From Acholeplasmatales bacterium (GTDB lineage Bacteria > Bacillota_I > Bacilli_A > Acholeplasmatales > Anaeroplasmataceae), in assembly GCA_016280975.1 (NCBI GenBank), contig JAEEHU010000035.1, forward strand, positions 1 to 51,733: a stretch of 51,733 nucleotides of DNA, written 5' to 3'. Shown piece by piece: positions 1 through 9,583 of the stretch (position 1 is the first letter of the stretch; every line of letters begins with the position of its first letter). The position numbers were made by a program, and so were the translations under genes. The notes under the pieces are model-generated. The model made no database searches and was not told the DNA's origin. It saw only the letters and a list, made by a program, of their open reading frames with translations.

Positions 1-1
1 A

Positions 2-928
2 AGCTTAATTAATCAAGTTGTTTTATATAATTATCAGGAATATACACTTGATGAAACGTATGAATTAATTAAGAATGATAAGCGTGGTATATTCCATCCG
101 GAGCAAATAAAAAAGCTATTTAAGCTATTAAGAGAAGATTCTGAAATATTAGAAAAACTAAACAGTAAGGCTTCCCTTTATGTATATGAAACAAGTAAAT
201 ATGTATCACAAGCTAATTATTCACCAGAGGAGTTATTAGGCTTTATTGATACAGCAAACTACTCATTTGAATTCCATAATCATGAGACACTTGCACATAC
301 TGTAACAGTTGCCTTTATAGCAAAGGAGCTTGCAAAGCGTTCTAGATTAACTGATGCTCAAACATATCAGCTATATTTAGCAGGCTTAGTACATGATATT
401 GGTAAAATAAAGGTGCCAAGAGAGGTATTATGCTTCCCAGGACGCTTAGAAGGAGATATGCTTTTAGCAATGCAGAAGCATGTTGAATATACAAAAGAGA
501 TATTAGATGGAAGCTTTTCTTATCAAATAGTTGAAATAGCATCACGTCATCATGAAAAGCTTGATGGTAGTGGATATCCTTATGGATTAAAAGAAATAGA
601 TTTATCTATTCATGATAAAATTTTAGCTGTTGCAGATATAGCATCAGCACTTTACTGTAAAAGAAGCTACAAGGAATCATTTGATGATGATAAGATTATA
701 TCAATTATTAGGCAAGAAGCTGAAAATGGTAAGCTTGATAAGAGAGTAGTTAACCATTTAATCACTGATTTTGATGAAATTATGGCTGTAGCTAAGGAAG
801 AAGAAAAGAAAGTATTAGAAAAATACGAGGCAATGAATCAAGAATACGAGAAGCTTTCACATAGTGAAGCTTTATTCCAGCTTTTCGATTATGAGGATGA
901 CTCTGTTGATTTATTCGCTGAAGAGTAA
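2..928 (+). CDS. HD-GYP domain phosphohydrolase (putative c-di-GMP phosphodiesterase), 5'-truncated by the window edge
   Basis: The frame of ORF 413..928 is open back to position 2 and contains LAHT...LAGLVHDIGK, HHEKLDGSGYPYGL and AVADIASAL..KRSYK (HD-GYP motifs). Confidence 0.9.
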   Translation, partial: SLINQVVLYNYQEYTLDETYELIKNDKRGIFHPEQIKKLFKLLREDSEILEKLNSKASLYVYETSKYVSQANYSPEELLGFIDTANYSFEFHNHETLAHTVTVAFIAKELAKRSRLTDAQTYQLYLAGLVHDIGKIKVPREVLCFPGRLEGDMLLAMQKHVEYTKEILDGSFSYQIVEIASRHHEKLDGSGYPYGLKEIDLSIHDKILAVADIASALYCKRSYKESFDDDKIISIIRQEAENGKLDKRVVNHLITDFDEIMAVAKEEEKKVLEKYEAMNQEYEKLSHSEALFQLFDYEDDSVDLFAEE

Positions 929-988
929 AATTGAAATTTAGTTTATTATAAGATATAATAATACTATGTATTACGATTGGAGTATTGT

Positions 989-2038
989 ATGGACAAAAAA
1001 TTTTTTGAAAAATACGAAGATCATCTTGACGAGTTAACTAAGGTTTACCAAAGAGATGTAATAATTGAATACTTAGATAAGCTAATATCAGAGAATAAAC
1101 CATTTTCATTTGGAGTTTTAGATATCGATAACTTCAAGTTTATAAATGATGGATATGGCCACCTTTTTGGCGATGATGTTCTAAGAGAATTTGGTAAAGC
1201 TTTAAAGGAATCACTAGAAGGAGTTGGTGTTGTTGGTCGTTATGGTGGCGATGAATTCCTAATCGTAGTAGAAAATGTCGTTGACTATGACGTGATTTGG
1301 GAAATATGGCACGACCTACTTGGTCTATCAGATTTAATTGATGTTGAAGAAATAAGAAAGCTAAATATAACAGTTACCATAGGTTCATCAAGATTCCCAA
1401 AAGATTCAACATCTATAGATGGATTATTTGAGGTTGCAGATAAGGCTTTATATAGAGGGAAGATGAAGGGTAGAAATTGCTTTATCATCTATCTTCCTGA
1501 GAAGCATGCAAATATAAGCTTAAAAAGCGAAAGAGATAAGGTAGTATCAAGTCAATACTTACATTGTAAGGCTATGACTACCATAACATCTGGAGGAGAT
1601 TTAGGAAATAATATTAAAGAAACTATCAATTTCTTTGGTAATTATTTCATGCTAGATCATTTCTGTATTCAAGCAAATGATAGCTTATATTATGAATATT
1701 TCCATTCATTATGTAAGAAAAAGGATTTCAAGCCTGTTCAAAATAAACTAATAGAGCTAGGTAAGAATTCAACTACTGGATTATTCTATAAGAACACATT
1801 TATTTTAGGTGAGGAATCAACTAAAATTGATAAAATATGCTTGGATGAAGGCATTTTCTCATCAGCCTATGTTGAGATAAAGGTTCATAATAAGGCATTT
1901 GGTTACTTAAGAGCTGATGTTACTGAAAATGTAAGAGGAAGAATATGGCAATCATTAGAGCTAGACATTTTAGAAACAATAGCTCATACAATTGCACTTG
2001 AATTATATTATCAACAAAAAGAGATTAAAGACTTATAA
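989..2038 (+). CDS. GGDEF diguanylate cyclase with a C-terminal GAF-like domain
   Basis: DIDNFKFINDGYGHLFGD, RYGGDEF and ADKALYRGK..GRN motifs; ATG 989 follows GGAG at 979-982. No RxxD I-site. The GAF assignment is tentative. Confidence 0.88.
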   Translation: MDKKFFEKYEDHLDELTKVYQRDVIIEYLDKLISENKPFSFGVLDIDNFKFINDGYGHLFGDDVLREFGKALKESLEGVGVVGRYGGDEFLIVVENVVDYDVIWEIWHDLLGLSDLIDVEEIRKLNITVTIGSSRFPKDSTSIDGLFEVADKALYRGKMKGRNCFIIYLPEKHANISLKSERDKVVSSQYLHCKAMTTITSGGDLGNNIKETINFFGNYFMLDHFCIQANDSLYYEYFHSLCKKKDFKPVQNKLIELGKNSTTGLFYKNTFILGEESTKIDKICLDEGIFSSAYVEIKVHNKAFGYLRADVTENVRGRIWQSLELDILETIAHTIALELYYQQKEIKDL

Positions 2039-2057
2039 AATAAGTCTTTTTCTTTTT
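2027..2057 (+). terminator. Intrinsic terminator after the GGDEF gene
   Basis: AAAGACTTAT-AAA-ATAAGTCTTT hairpin followed by a T-rich tail. Confidence 0.7.
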
Positions 2058-2103
2058 GCAATTTGTAATATTTCGAGAGTTTTTACTTTCAATATGGTAC
2101 TTT

Positions 2104-2176
2104 TGTTATAATGTAATCGTTTGCTATAAAATAGTGATTTTATAGTGTTTAATTTTATATAGTATTGTGTTATAAT
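2104..2176 (+). promoter_or_regulatory. Tandem extended -10 promoters for prs with an intervening palindrome
   Basis: TGTTATAAT at 2104-2112 and 2168-2176; perfect inverted repeat CTATAAAAT-agtg-ATTTTATAG at 2124-2145. Confidence 0.45.
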
Positions 2177-2216
2177 CCTAGTGGATTATTTTAAAAAAGT
2201 TTAGGAGGATTTTCTC

Positions 2217-3200
2217 ATGTCTATCTTATTGGGAAAAAAAGTAAAAATTTTTTCATTATCATCTAATGTTGAATTAGCAGAAGAAATCGCTAAGGCAGTT
2301 GGTATGCCTTTATCAAGCTGCGATGTACTACATTTCGCTGATGGTGAAATCAATGTTCAAATTAACGAAACTGTAAGAGGTCATCATGTATTTGTTATCC
2401 AACCTACTTCAGCTCCAGTTAATGATCACTTAATGGAATTATTAATTATGTGTGATGCACTAAAGAGAGCATCTGCAAAGACTATAAACCTAGTTATTCC
2501 ATACTATGGATATAGCCGTCAAGATAGAAAGGCTAGAAGCCGTCAACCTATTTCAGCTAAGCTAGTTGCAGATTTACTTCAAGTTGCAGGTGCAGATAGA
2601 GTTATTACAATGGATATCCATGCAGCACAAGAGCAAGGCTTCTTCGATATTCCAGTTGATAACTTTATGGGCCTTCCAATTTTAGCTAACTACTTAATGG
2701 ATAAGCATCTTGAAAATGTTGTTGTAGTATCTCCAGACCATGGTGGAACAACAAGAGCAAGAGAATTCGCTAAGGTATTAGATACAACAATCGCTATTAT
2801 TGATAAGCGTAGACCTGAACCAAATAAGGCTGAGGTTATGAATATCATCGGTGATGTTAAGGGTAAGACTTGTATTTTAGTTGACGATATGTGTGATACA
2901 GCAGGTACATTAACAATTGGTGCTAAGGCATTAATGGATGCAGGTGCAACAGAAGTTTATGCTGCATGTACTCATGGTGTATTATCAGGTCCTGCAATCG
3001 AAAGAATTCAAAATTCATGCTTAAAGGAAATGATTATTACAAATACTATTAAGCTTGATGATTCTAAGAAGATTGATAAGATTACAGTATTATCAGTTGG
3101 TCAATTATTAGGTCATGGTATCTTAAGAATTTTATCTGATGAACCATTATCAGGATTATTTACTTATACATACGATAAGAGCAAGAGAGAATTATTATAA
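2217..3200 (+). CDS. prs: Ribose-phosphate pyrophosphokinase
   Basis: [24 protein letters not shown] and [11 protein letters not shown] motifs; AGGAGG RBS. Confidence 0.98.
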   Translation: MSILLGKKVKIFSLSSNVELAEEIAKAVGMPLSSCDVLHFADGEINVQINETVRGHHVFVIQPTSAPVNDHLMELLIMCDALKRASAKTINLVIPYYGYSRQDRKARSRQPISAKLVADLLQVAGADRVITMDIHAAQEQGFFDIPVDNFMGLPILANYLMDKHLENVVVVSPDHGGTTRAREFAKVLDTTIAIIDKRRPEPNKAEVMNIIGDVKGKTCILVDDMCDTAGTLTIGAKALMDAGATEVYAACTHGVLSGPAIERIQNSCLKEMIITNTIKLDDSKKIDKITVLSVGQLLGHGILRILSDEPLSGLFTYTYDKSKRELL

Positions 3201-3202
3201 TA

Positions 3203-3769
3203 ATGAAACTAATTGTTGGTCTTGGAAATCCTGGAAAAGAATATGAATATACAAGACATAATGCAGGCTTTATAGCAATTGATTTATTTGCTAAAAAGAA
3301 TGATATCGAATTTAAATTAGAGCCTAAATTTAAGGGTATGATTGGAATTAAGTCATTTAATGGCGAAAAGGTTATATTACTTAAGCCTATGACTTATATG
3401 AATCTATCTGGAGAATCAGTAATCGCAGTGATGAATTTCTATAAGATTAATTTAGAGGACATTTTAGTTATTAGTGATGACTTAGATTCTAATTTAGGAA
3501 GAATTCGATTAAGAGATCATGGATCTGCAGGTGGACACAATGGTCATAAGAACATTGTTAGTCATGTTCATTCTGAAGGATATAAAAGAATAAAAATTGG
3601 TATCGGAAGAGATTCTAATATTCCAGTTGTTGATTGGGTATTAAAAAAATTAACTGAAGAAGAATTAGCTATACTAAATAATTCAGCCGAAAAGGTATCA
3701 AATGCATTACTTGATTTTGCCAATGATGTTGAATTTATGAAAATTAGCTCTAAGTATTCAGAAAAATAA
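3203..3769 (+). CDS. pth: Peptidyl-tRNA hydrolase
   Basis: LIVGLGNPG..Y..TRHNAGF, KPMTYMNLSG and GSAGGHNG motifs; conserved prs-pth order. Confidence 0.97.
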   Translation: MKLIVGLGNPGKEYEYTRHNAGFIAIDLFAKKNDIEFKLEPKFKGMIGIKSFNGEKVILLKPMTYMNLSGESVIAVMNFYKINLEDILVISDDLDSNLGRIRLRDHGSAGGHNGHKNIVSHVHSEGYKRIKIGIGRDSNIPVVDWVLKKLTEEELAILNNSAEKVSNALLDFANDVEFMKISSKYSEK

Positions 3770-3849
3770 TTATAAAAGATATTGTTCATTGCAATATCTT
3801 TTTTCTTTTTAGATAAAATACTATAATAAATATAAATAAGGAGGATATC

Positions 3850-4296
3850 ATGAAAAAGATATTTATTTATTATAGCCATTCAGGCAATGGAGAGATAGTT
3901 AAGGATTATTTTAAAGAAAATGGATATGATATAAGAAAAGTAGAATCAAAAAGGAAATTACCAAAAAGCTTCTTTTGTCAGATGATGGTTGGAGGAATGC
4001 TTGCTGGATTTAATCATAAGGCAAAATTAAAGGATTTTAATTATGATATTAAAGATTATGATGAGGTAGTAATAGGTTCTCCAATATGGAATGGAAAACT
4101 TGCATGCCCTACTAATACTTTATTAAGTAAGCTTGATTTAAAAGATAAGAAATTAACTTTTGTATTATATAGTGGTGGTGGACGTGCGCCAAAGGCTATA
4201 AAAAAGATTAATAAAAAGTATAAGGCTGATATTATTGAATTAAAAGAGCCTAAAAAGTATAAAGAGAATTTAGAAAAGCTTACAATTATAAAATAA
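3850..4296 (+). CDS. Flavodoxin-family protein
   Basis: IYYSHSGNG FMN phosphate loop; DYDEVVIGSPIW. Confidence 0.85.
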   Translation: MKKIFIYYSHSGNGEIVKDYFKENGYDIRKVESKRKLPKSFFCQMMVGGMLAGFNHKAKLKDFNYDIKDYDEVVIGSPIWNGKLACPTNTLLSKLDLKDKKLTFVLYSGGGRAPKAIKKINKKYKADIIELKEPKKYKENLEKLTIIK

Positions 4297-4347
4297 TTGA
4301 ATAATAATAAAATATGTGGTATGTTAATAAAGTAAATTAATAGATTC

Positions 4348-4465
4348 CATAAAAGGGAGTAGAAACCTATATTATAGGATTATGTGTCGACATACCCAGT
4401 ATATTTATATACTCGTACATAAGTTAAATTTCGAGACTTTTACCATTTTGGTAGGAGTCTTTTTA
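4348..4465 (+). ncRNA. yybP-ykoY (Mn2+-sensing) riboswitch with overlapping intrinsic terminator
   Basis: AAAAGGGAGTAG ... TTATGTGTCGACATA ... GTACATAA ... CGAGACTTTT matches the yybP-ykoY layout. Terminator AGACTTTTACC-atttt-GGTAGGAGTCT-TTTT overlaps the P1 3' strand, and a cation antiporter gene follows. Confidence 0.85.
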
Positions 4466-4484
4466 TATTTTAAAGGAGATTAAA

Positions 4485-5579
4485 ATGATACCAGAGTTTT
4501 ATCAAAGTTGGCATATCGCGCCAAAAATTATTACACTTTTAGCATTTATGGTAGTTGGTGTATTCTTTTTAGTTAAGTTCTGTGATTTATTTGTTGGTTC
4601 AGCATCAGCAATAGCTAAAAAACTACATATTGCACCTATGATTATTGGTCTTACTGTAGTAGCGATGGGAACATCTTGTCCCGAGCTTGCAGTATCAGTA
4701 TCAGATTCTATTGCTTGCTTAGTAAATGGCGGTAATGCTAATGTCGCAATCGGAAATGTTGTAGGATCTAATATATGTAATATATTATTAGTATTAGGAT
4801 TATCTATAATATTTACTCCAATAATAATAAAAAAATCTAGTCTAAAAAAGGAATTCCCATTTTTACTTGGTGTATCACTATTACTTGTAATATTTGGAAT
4901 ATTCTTTGGTGTAGGAAGTGTAACAGGTAATTATGCAATATTAAGATGGGAAGGAATAATACTTGTAGTATTACTAATCGCTTATGTTGTATTTTTAGTA
5001 ATTGATGCTAAAAAGCATCCTACTATTGATTTAGAAAAAACTAGTGATAGTGAAGATACAAACGAGAATCAAGAAGAAATAAAGGATATGAAAATCTGGA
5101 AGGCAATTTTATTTGTTATTATTGGTGCAGTGGGTATTGCCTTAGGTGGAGAATTCGTTGTATTTGGTGCAAAGGGCTTAGCTGTTACAGGCGCAACAGC
5201 TATGGGAATTAACCAAGATTTAGCTGAGTCATTAGTTGGTTTAACTATAGTAGCAGTAGGTACATCACTTCCTGAGCTTGTAACTAGTGTTGTTGCAGCA
5301 AGAAAAGGTGAAAATGATATCGCACTTGGTAATGTAGTAGGATCAAATATATTTAATATCTTATTTGTATTAGGTATTTCAGCAACAGTTAATCCACTTG
5401 TTACTGGAAGCGAAGTAGTAATAGATTTAATTGTTATGATGGCTATTACAATATTACTATTCTTATTTGCTTTAACTAAAAAGCTTGATAGGAAAATGGG
5501 ATTTGTATTTATATCAATATATTTACTATATTTGACGTATTTAATATTAAGAACAGTAGGAGTTATTCCACAAATATAA
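4485..5579 (+). CDS. Ca2+:cation antiporter (CaCA/YrbG family), possibly Mn2+ efflux
   Basis: Two alpha-repeats: GTSCPEL...GNVVGSNICN and GTSLPEL...GNVVGSNIFN; polytopic membrane protein. Confidence 0.92.
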   Translation: MIPEFYQSWHIAPKIITLLAFMVVGVFFLVKFCDLFVGSASAIAKKLHIAPMIIGLTVVAMGTSCPELAVSVSDSIACLVNGGNANVAIGNVVGSNICNILLVLGLSIIFTPIIIKKSSLKKEFPFLLGVSLLLVIFGIFFGVGSVTGNYAILRWEGIILVVLLIAYVVFLVIDAKKHPTIDLEKTSDSEDTNENQEEIKDMKIWKAILFVIIGAVGIALGGEFVVFGAKGLAVTGATAMGINQDLAESLVGLTIVAVGTSLPELVTSVVAARKGENDIALGNVVGSNIFNILFVLGISATVNPLVTGSEVVIDLIVMMAITILLFLFALTKKLDRKMGFVFISIYLLYLTYLILRTVGVIPQI

Positions 5580-5582
5580 AAT

Positions 5583-5610
5583 AAGAAGAGCAAGACTCTT
5601 CTTTATTTTT
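5583..5610 (+). terminator. Intrinsic terminator
   Basis: AAGAAGAG-caaga-CTCTTCTT followed by TATTTTT. Confidence 0.6.
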
Positions 5611-5647
5611 ATAATTTATGATAAATTATAAATAGAGGGATTATTAA

Positions 5648-7150
5648 ATGGCAACAAAGAATCAGAAAAAACTAGCAGTTAAAAAAGTAGCAAAACAAGC
5701 AAAGAAAAATCCAAAGATATTTATAATATTATTATTAATAGTTTTAGTTATTGGCGGAGTAGTTGCGGTTTTATATTTTACAGGTACACTTGATAATATT
5801 ATAAATAAGATAAATGGAGTAAAAGATGCTGAAAGCACACAAACTACTCCACAATCAACAGCACAACCAACTTCATCGCAATCATCACCAGCCCAATCAA
5901 CAGGAACTGGAACTCATAGTCATGAGGATGAGGATGGAATTGTTGAGAATATAATTTATGATAATTTTCAAATTCATTTCCTAGAATTAGGAAACGATAG
6001 GGCAGGAGATTCTGTATACATTAAAGCTGGAGATAAAGATATTTTAATTGATGCAGGATCATTAGGCTCTTCATCTACAACAATCATTAATTATGTTAAT
6101 AATTATTGTACTGATGGAAAGCTAGAATATGTTATTGCAACACATGCGCATAAGGACCATATTGCAGGTTTTGCAGGTACAGTAAATAATAAAGCAAAGA
6201 ATTATAAAGGTGAAACTGTTGGAAGAACTGGAGTACTTTACTATTACGATGTAGAAAACCTTATTGATTTTGCATATACTGAAAAAACAGGGGTAGATAA
6301 TAAAACTGCAGTATCAGGTGATTATTCTTCAGGTACTGAATATGGTAAATATTTAAGCGCTAGAGAATTTGCGATCGGAAATAATACAGTTCATACTACA
6401 GCTAAGGAATTATGGGAAAGTAATAATACAACAATTACGTTAGCTGAAGGTTTAACAATGGATATATTATATAATTATTACTACTTTAATTCTTCATCAG
6501 ACGAGAATAATTATTCCGTATGTACAATGTTTAATTATAATAATCATCATTTCGTTTTAACTGGAGATTTAGAAAAAGAAGGAGAAGAAAAGCTAGCAGA
6601 GTATTATGATGGCACAACTCCTGAAAAGACATTACCACATTGCGATTTATTTAAAGGTGGTCATCACGGTTCTCCAACATCATCAAATGAATGTTTACTA
6701 GAAAAGTTAACACCTAGTATGTGTTGTGTATGTTGTTGTGCTGGAACATCAGAATATACTCCATGCCTTGAAAGACAATTCCCTTCACAAGCATTTATTA
6801 ATAGAATTGCACAATATACATCTAGAGTTTATGTCACATCAATGATAAAATATATTGATAACGAGTGGAAGTTTACATCAATGAATGGCAATATCATAGT
6901 TTCATTTAACGGAACTAAAGTAGGTCTTAATGCATCTAATAATTTAATTAGATTAAAAGATACCGAATGGTTTAATGAAAAAATATATGCTGTAAAAACA
7001 TCTGAGAAAGATGCATGGAATAGAGCCGGAGATAAAATAGATATATATAAGAATTGTGATCGTAAAGATACAACTAATTTCTATACGAGCGAAACGGCAG
7101 GGGCAGTGTTAGTCTCGAGAAGAGTATGGCCTCAAAATGGAGTCCAATAA
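5648..7150 (+). CDS. Membrane-anchored ComEC/Rec2-like metallo-beta-lactamase-fold hydrolase
   Basis: Basic N-terminus, one TM helix and an S/T/Q linker, then IHFL..GDS..LIDAG, THAHKDH, NNYS, TGDLE and KGGHHGS motifs. Confidence 0.82.
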   Translation: MATKNQKKLAVKKVAKQAKKNPKIFIILLLIVLVIGGVVAVLYFTGTLDNIINKINGVKDAESTQTTPQSTAQPTSSQSSPAQSTGTGTHSHEDEDGIVENIIYDNFQIHFLELGNDRAGDSVYIKAGDKDILIDAGSLGSSSTTIINYVNNYCTDGKLEYVIATHAHKDHIAGFAGTVNNKAKNYKGETVGRTGVLYYYDVENLIDFAYTEKTGVDNKTAVSGDYSSGTEYGKYLSAREFAIGNNTVHTTAKELWESNNTTITLAEGLTMDILYNYYYFNSSSDENNYSVCTMFNYNNHHFVLTGDLEKEGEEKLAEYYDGTTPEKTLPHCDLFKGGHHGSPTSSNECLLEKLTPSMCCVCCCAGTSEYTPCLERQFPSQAFINRIAQYTSRVYVTSMIKYIDNEWKFTSMNGNIIVSFNGTKVGLNASNNLIRLKDTEWFNEKIYAVKTSEKDAWNRAGDKIDIYKNCDRKDTTNFYTSETAGAVLVSRRVWPQNGVQ

Positions 7151-7160
7151 GGAGGAAATC

Positions 7161-8108
7161 ATGGAAAATATATTAAAGAAAATAAAAGAATATAATAGAA
7201 TAATAATATTTGGCCATGAACGTCCAGATGGAGATTGTATTGGTTCTCAATATGGTTTGTATTATGTTTTAAAGGAATCTTTCCCTGAAAAAGAAGTATA
7301 TGTATCAGGTGAGGTTAGTGAATATGTATCATTTATAGGAAGACCTACAATGGTAGATGATAGTCTATTTAAAGGTGCACTTGCTATATGTGTAGACTGT
7401 GCAAATGGCGAAAGATTATCAGATAAAAGATTTAAGAATTGTGATTATTCAATTAAAATTGATCATCATATTAATGTTGATAGCTTCTGTGATTATGAAT
7501 ATGTCGATTCAAAAGCACCAGCATGTGCTCAAATATTAACTGAATTTTTCTTAAAGTTTAATGATGTTTTTAAAATAACAAAAGAAGCAGCAGAAGCATT
7601 ATATGTTGGTATTGTTACTGATACTGGTAGATTTAAATACGATAGTACATCACCTGTAACTCATAGAGTAGCTGCATCTCTTCTTGAATATGGTGTTAAT
7701 ATTGGTAAGATTGATAATAATTTAAGTATCGAAACTATTGATGCGTTAAGATTAAGAGGATACTGTCTAAATACATTTAAAACAACAGAAAATGGATTTG
7801 CATATTTAATAATGACAAGAGATATCATTAATAAGTTTGGAGTATCTGATGAGGATGCTGCTAACCAAGTAAATGCAATATCAACAATTAATGAATGTCC
7901 AGTTTGGGCAATGTTTATTGAATATCCAGATCAAATAAGAGTAAGATTAAGATCAAGAGGACCTAAGGTAAATATACTAGCTGAAAAGTATGAAGGCGGC
8001 GGCCACGAAAAGGCAAGTGGCGCTAAGCTTCAAAGCTGGGATAAGCTTGATGAATTCTTATTAGATGCTGATAGATTAGTAAAAGAATACAAGAATGAAA
8101 AAATGTAG
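7161..8108 (+). CDS. nrnA: DHH-family oligoribonuclease/pAp phosphatase
   Basis: HERPDGDCIGS, IDHH, GIVTDTGRF, RLRS and GGGH..ASG motifs; AAGGAGG RBS before ATG 7161. Confidence 0.92.
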   Translation: MENILKKIKEYNRIIIFGHERPDGDCIGSQYGLYYVLKESFPEKEVYVSGEVSEYVSFIGRPTMVDDSLFKGALAICVDCANGERLSDKRFKNCDYSIKIDHHINVDSFCDYEYVDSKAPACAQILTEFFLKFNDVFKITKEAAEALYVGIVTDTGRFKYDSTSPVTHRVAASLLEYGVNIGKIDNNLSIETIDALRLRGYCLNTFKTTENGFAYLIMTRDIINKFGVSDEDAANQVNAISTINECPVWAMFIEYPDQIRVRLRSRGPKVNILAEKYEGGGHEKASGAKLQSWDKLDEFLLDADRLVKEYKNEKM

Positions 8109-8181
8109 AAAAAATATTTCTTGCAATTTTTAATTTTATTTAGTAAAATGATTAAGGACTTTTATGAAGCCCTTAATAAAT

Positions 8182-8256
8182 AGGAATATAGCCAAGCGGT
8201 AAGGCAAGGGACTTTGACTCCCTCACGCGCTGGTTCGAATCCAGCTATTCCTGCCA
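8182..8256 (+). tRNA. tRNA-Gln (anticodon TTG)
   Basis: Cloverleaf: acceptor AGGAATA/TATTCCT, anticodon arm AGGGA-CTTTGAC-TCCCT, T-arm GCTGG-TTCGAAT-CCAGC, encoded CCA. Confidence 0.97.
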
Positions 8257-8268
8257 GTCTAAAAAAAT

Positions 8269-8290
8269 GCTCTGAGTAATCAGAGCTTTT
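8269..8290 (+). terminator. Terminator of tRNA-Gln
   Basis: GCTCTGA-gtaa-TCAGAGC-TTTT. Confidence 0.85.
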
Positions 8291-8436
8291 ATTTTTATGT
8301 AGATGAAGAGACAGAAAGCTTTAGCATAAATGTTACACAAAAAGTAGCGAAAAGAAAGAAGACATGAAATGGTCTTTTTCTTTTTGGTTTATAAGCATGA
8401 ACAATTATGTGTTATAATGAAACAGAGGTGATATGC

Positions 8437-9495
8437 ATGAAGAAAATATCTATATTATTGTTATCAATTCTTGGGTTAACTCTTGCTTCATGCAAAAATT
8501 CAAATTCTTTAAATTCAATTACTTTCATGTATGAGGGAAAAGAAGAAACTATAAATAAGAATGATACTTATGAGGATTTGGCATCAAGATACCCTTCTTT
8601 ATTTATGACGAGCGTAAAAAGTAATTGCGTTAATTACACACCGTATATAGAAATAATTAATGATAAATCAAAAAGTAATAGAAATAGTAATGAATACAAA
8701 GAAAACTCTGAAAGAGAATTTCATTACGAATCTAAAACATATATATCTACTTATAACGAATTTTTTGCCATAGACAATTCTACTGGTTTTACATCAATAA
8801 AAAGAACAGGTGACATAGAAATTGATAATAAAAATGAAATTAATCGTCAAAATGTTGGATGTTATTATAAAGTAAATGATAGAAATTTTGATGTTTTAGC
8901 AACAAATTCGAATACTTTAGTTAGCAAAATAGAGATGTCAGAAAAAGATACATTATATGATGAAAATATTAGTATAGATGCTGCTAGTCAAAAAAAACAG
9001 TTTAATAAATATAAAATAAGTTTAGGGTTAAGGTATCCTATGCCTTCTAGCATCCATAACGAATTTAATGTGCTTGGCGATAGAATGCCTCTAGTATTAG
9101 ATATGAAAGAATATGGAATTCCAAAATCAAGTGAACTAAAAGATTTTTATAAATCTAGTTTTGAATTAACTGAAGACCATATAATTTTAAAAACAGAAAT
9201 TGAAAATCACTATATGGTTTTAAGAGCTTCAAGTTCAGACGTAATAACAAAATCAAGTGATAATTATTATGATACACTAAAAATTGAAGTTTGGATAGAT
9301 TATAAGGATGAAGATTACGGTTTTGATTATTGCAAATTAGGAGTGTATTCAAAATATAATAATGAACAATATTATAGTGAAGCTAAAACTACATATGAAA
9401 TATATTCGATGGATATTAATGATGAAGAAATAAATCAAGCGAAAGAAGAATTTATTGATAAGTGCAAAGAAAACAATATTTTAGATAAAAATTAG
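8437..9495 (+). CDS. Lipoprotein of unknown function
   Basis: MKKISILLLSILGLTLASC lipobox; GAGGTG RBS; TGTTATAAT upstream. Confidence 0.8.
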   Translation: MKKISILLLSILGLTLASCKNSNSLNSITFMYEGKEETINKNDTYEDLASRYPSLFMTSVKSNCVNYTPYIEIINDKSKSNRNSNEYKENSEREFHYESKTYISTYNEFFAIDNSTGFTSIKRTGDIEIDNKNEINRQNVGCYYKVNDRNFDVLATNSNTLVSKIEMSEKDTLYDENISIDAASQKKQFNKYKISLGLRYPMPSSIHNEFNVLGDRMPLVLDMKEYGIPKSSELKDFYKSSFELTEDHIILKTEIENHYMVLRASSSDVITKSSDNYYDTLKIEVWIDYKDEDYGFDYCKLGVYSKYNNEQYYSEAKTTYEIYSMDINDEEINQAKEEFIDKCKENNILDKN

Positions 9496-9554
9496 TTTTT
9501 AATTGTAATATACTAGATTTATTATTCAATCGTTTTATATAGTATAGAATTATT

Positions 9555-9578
9555 AGACTTAGCAATAAGTCTTTTTAT
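9555..9578 (+). terminator. Intrinsic terminator after the lipoprotein gene
   Basis: AGACTTA-gcaa-TAAGTCT-TTTT. Confidence 0.75.
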
Positions 9579-9583
9579 TGTAT

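Noticed and set aside
5069-5593. Long antisense ORFs (also 10260-10655, 3568-3879, 27328-27609 and those inside ppdK)
   Set aside because: Shadow ORFs opposite well-supported genes; no RBS or motifs.
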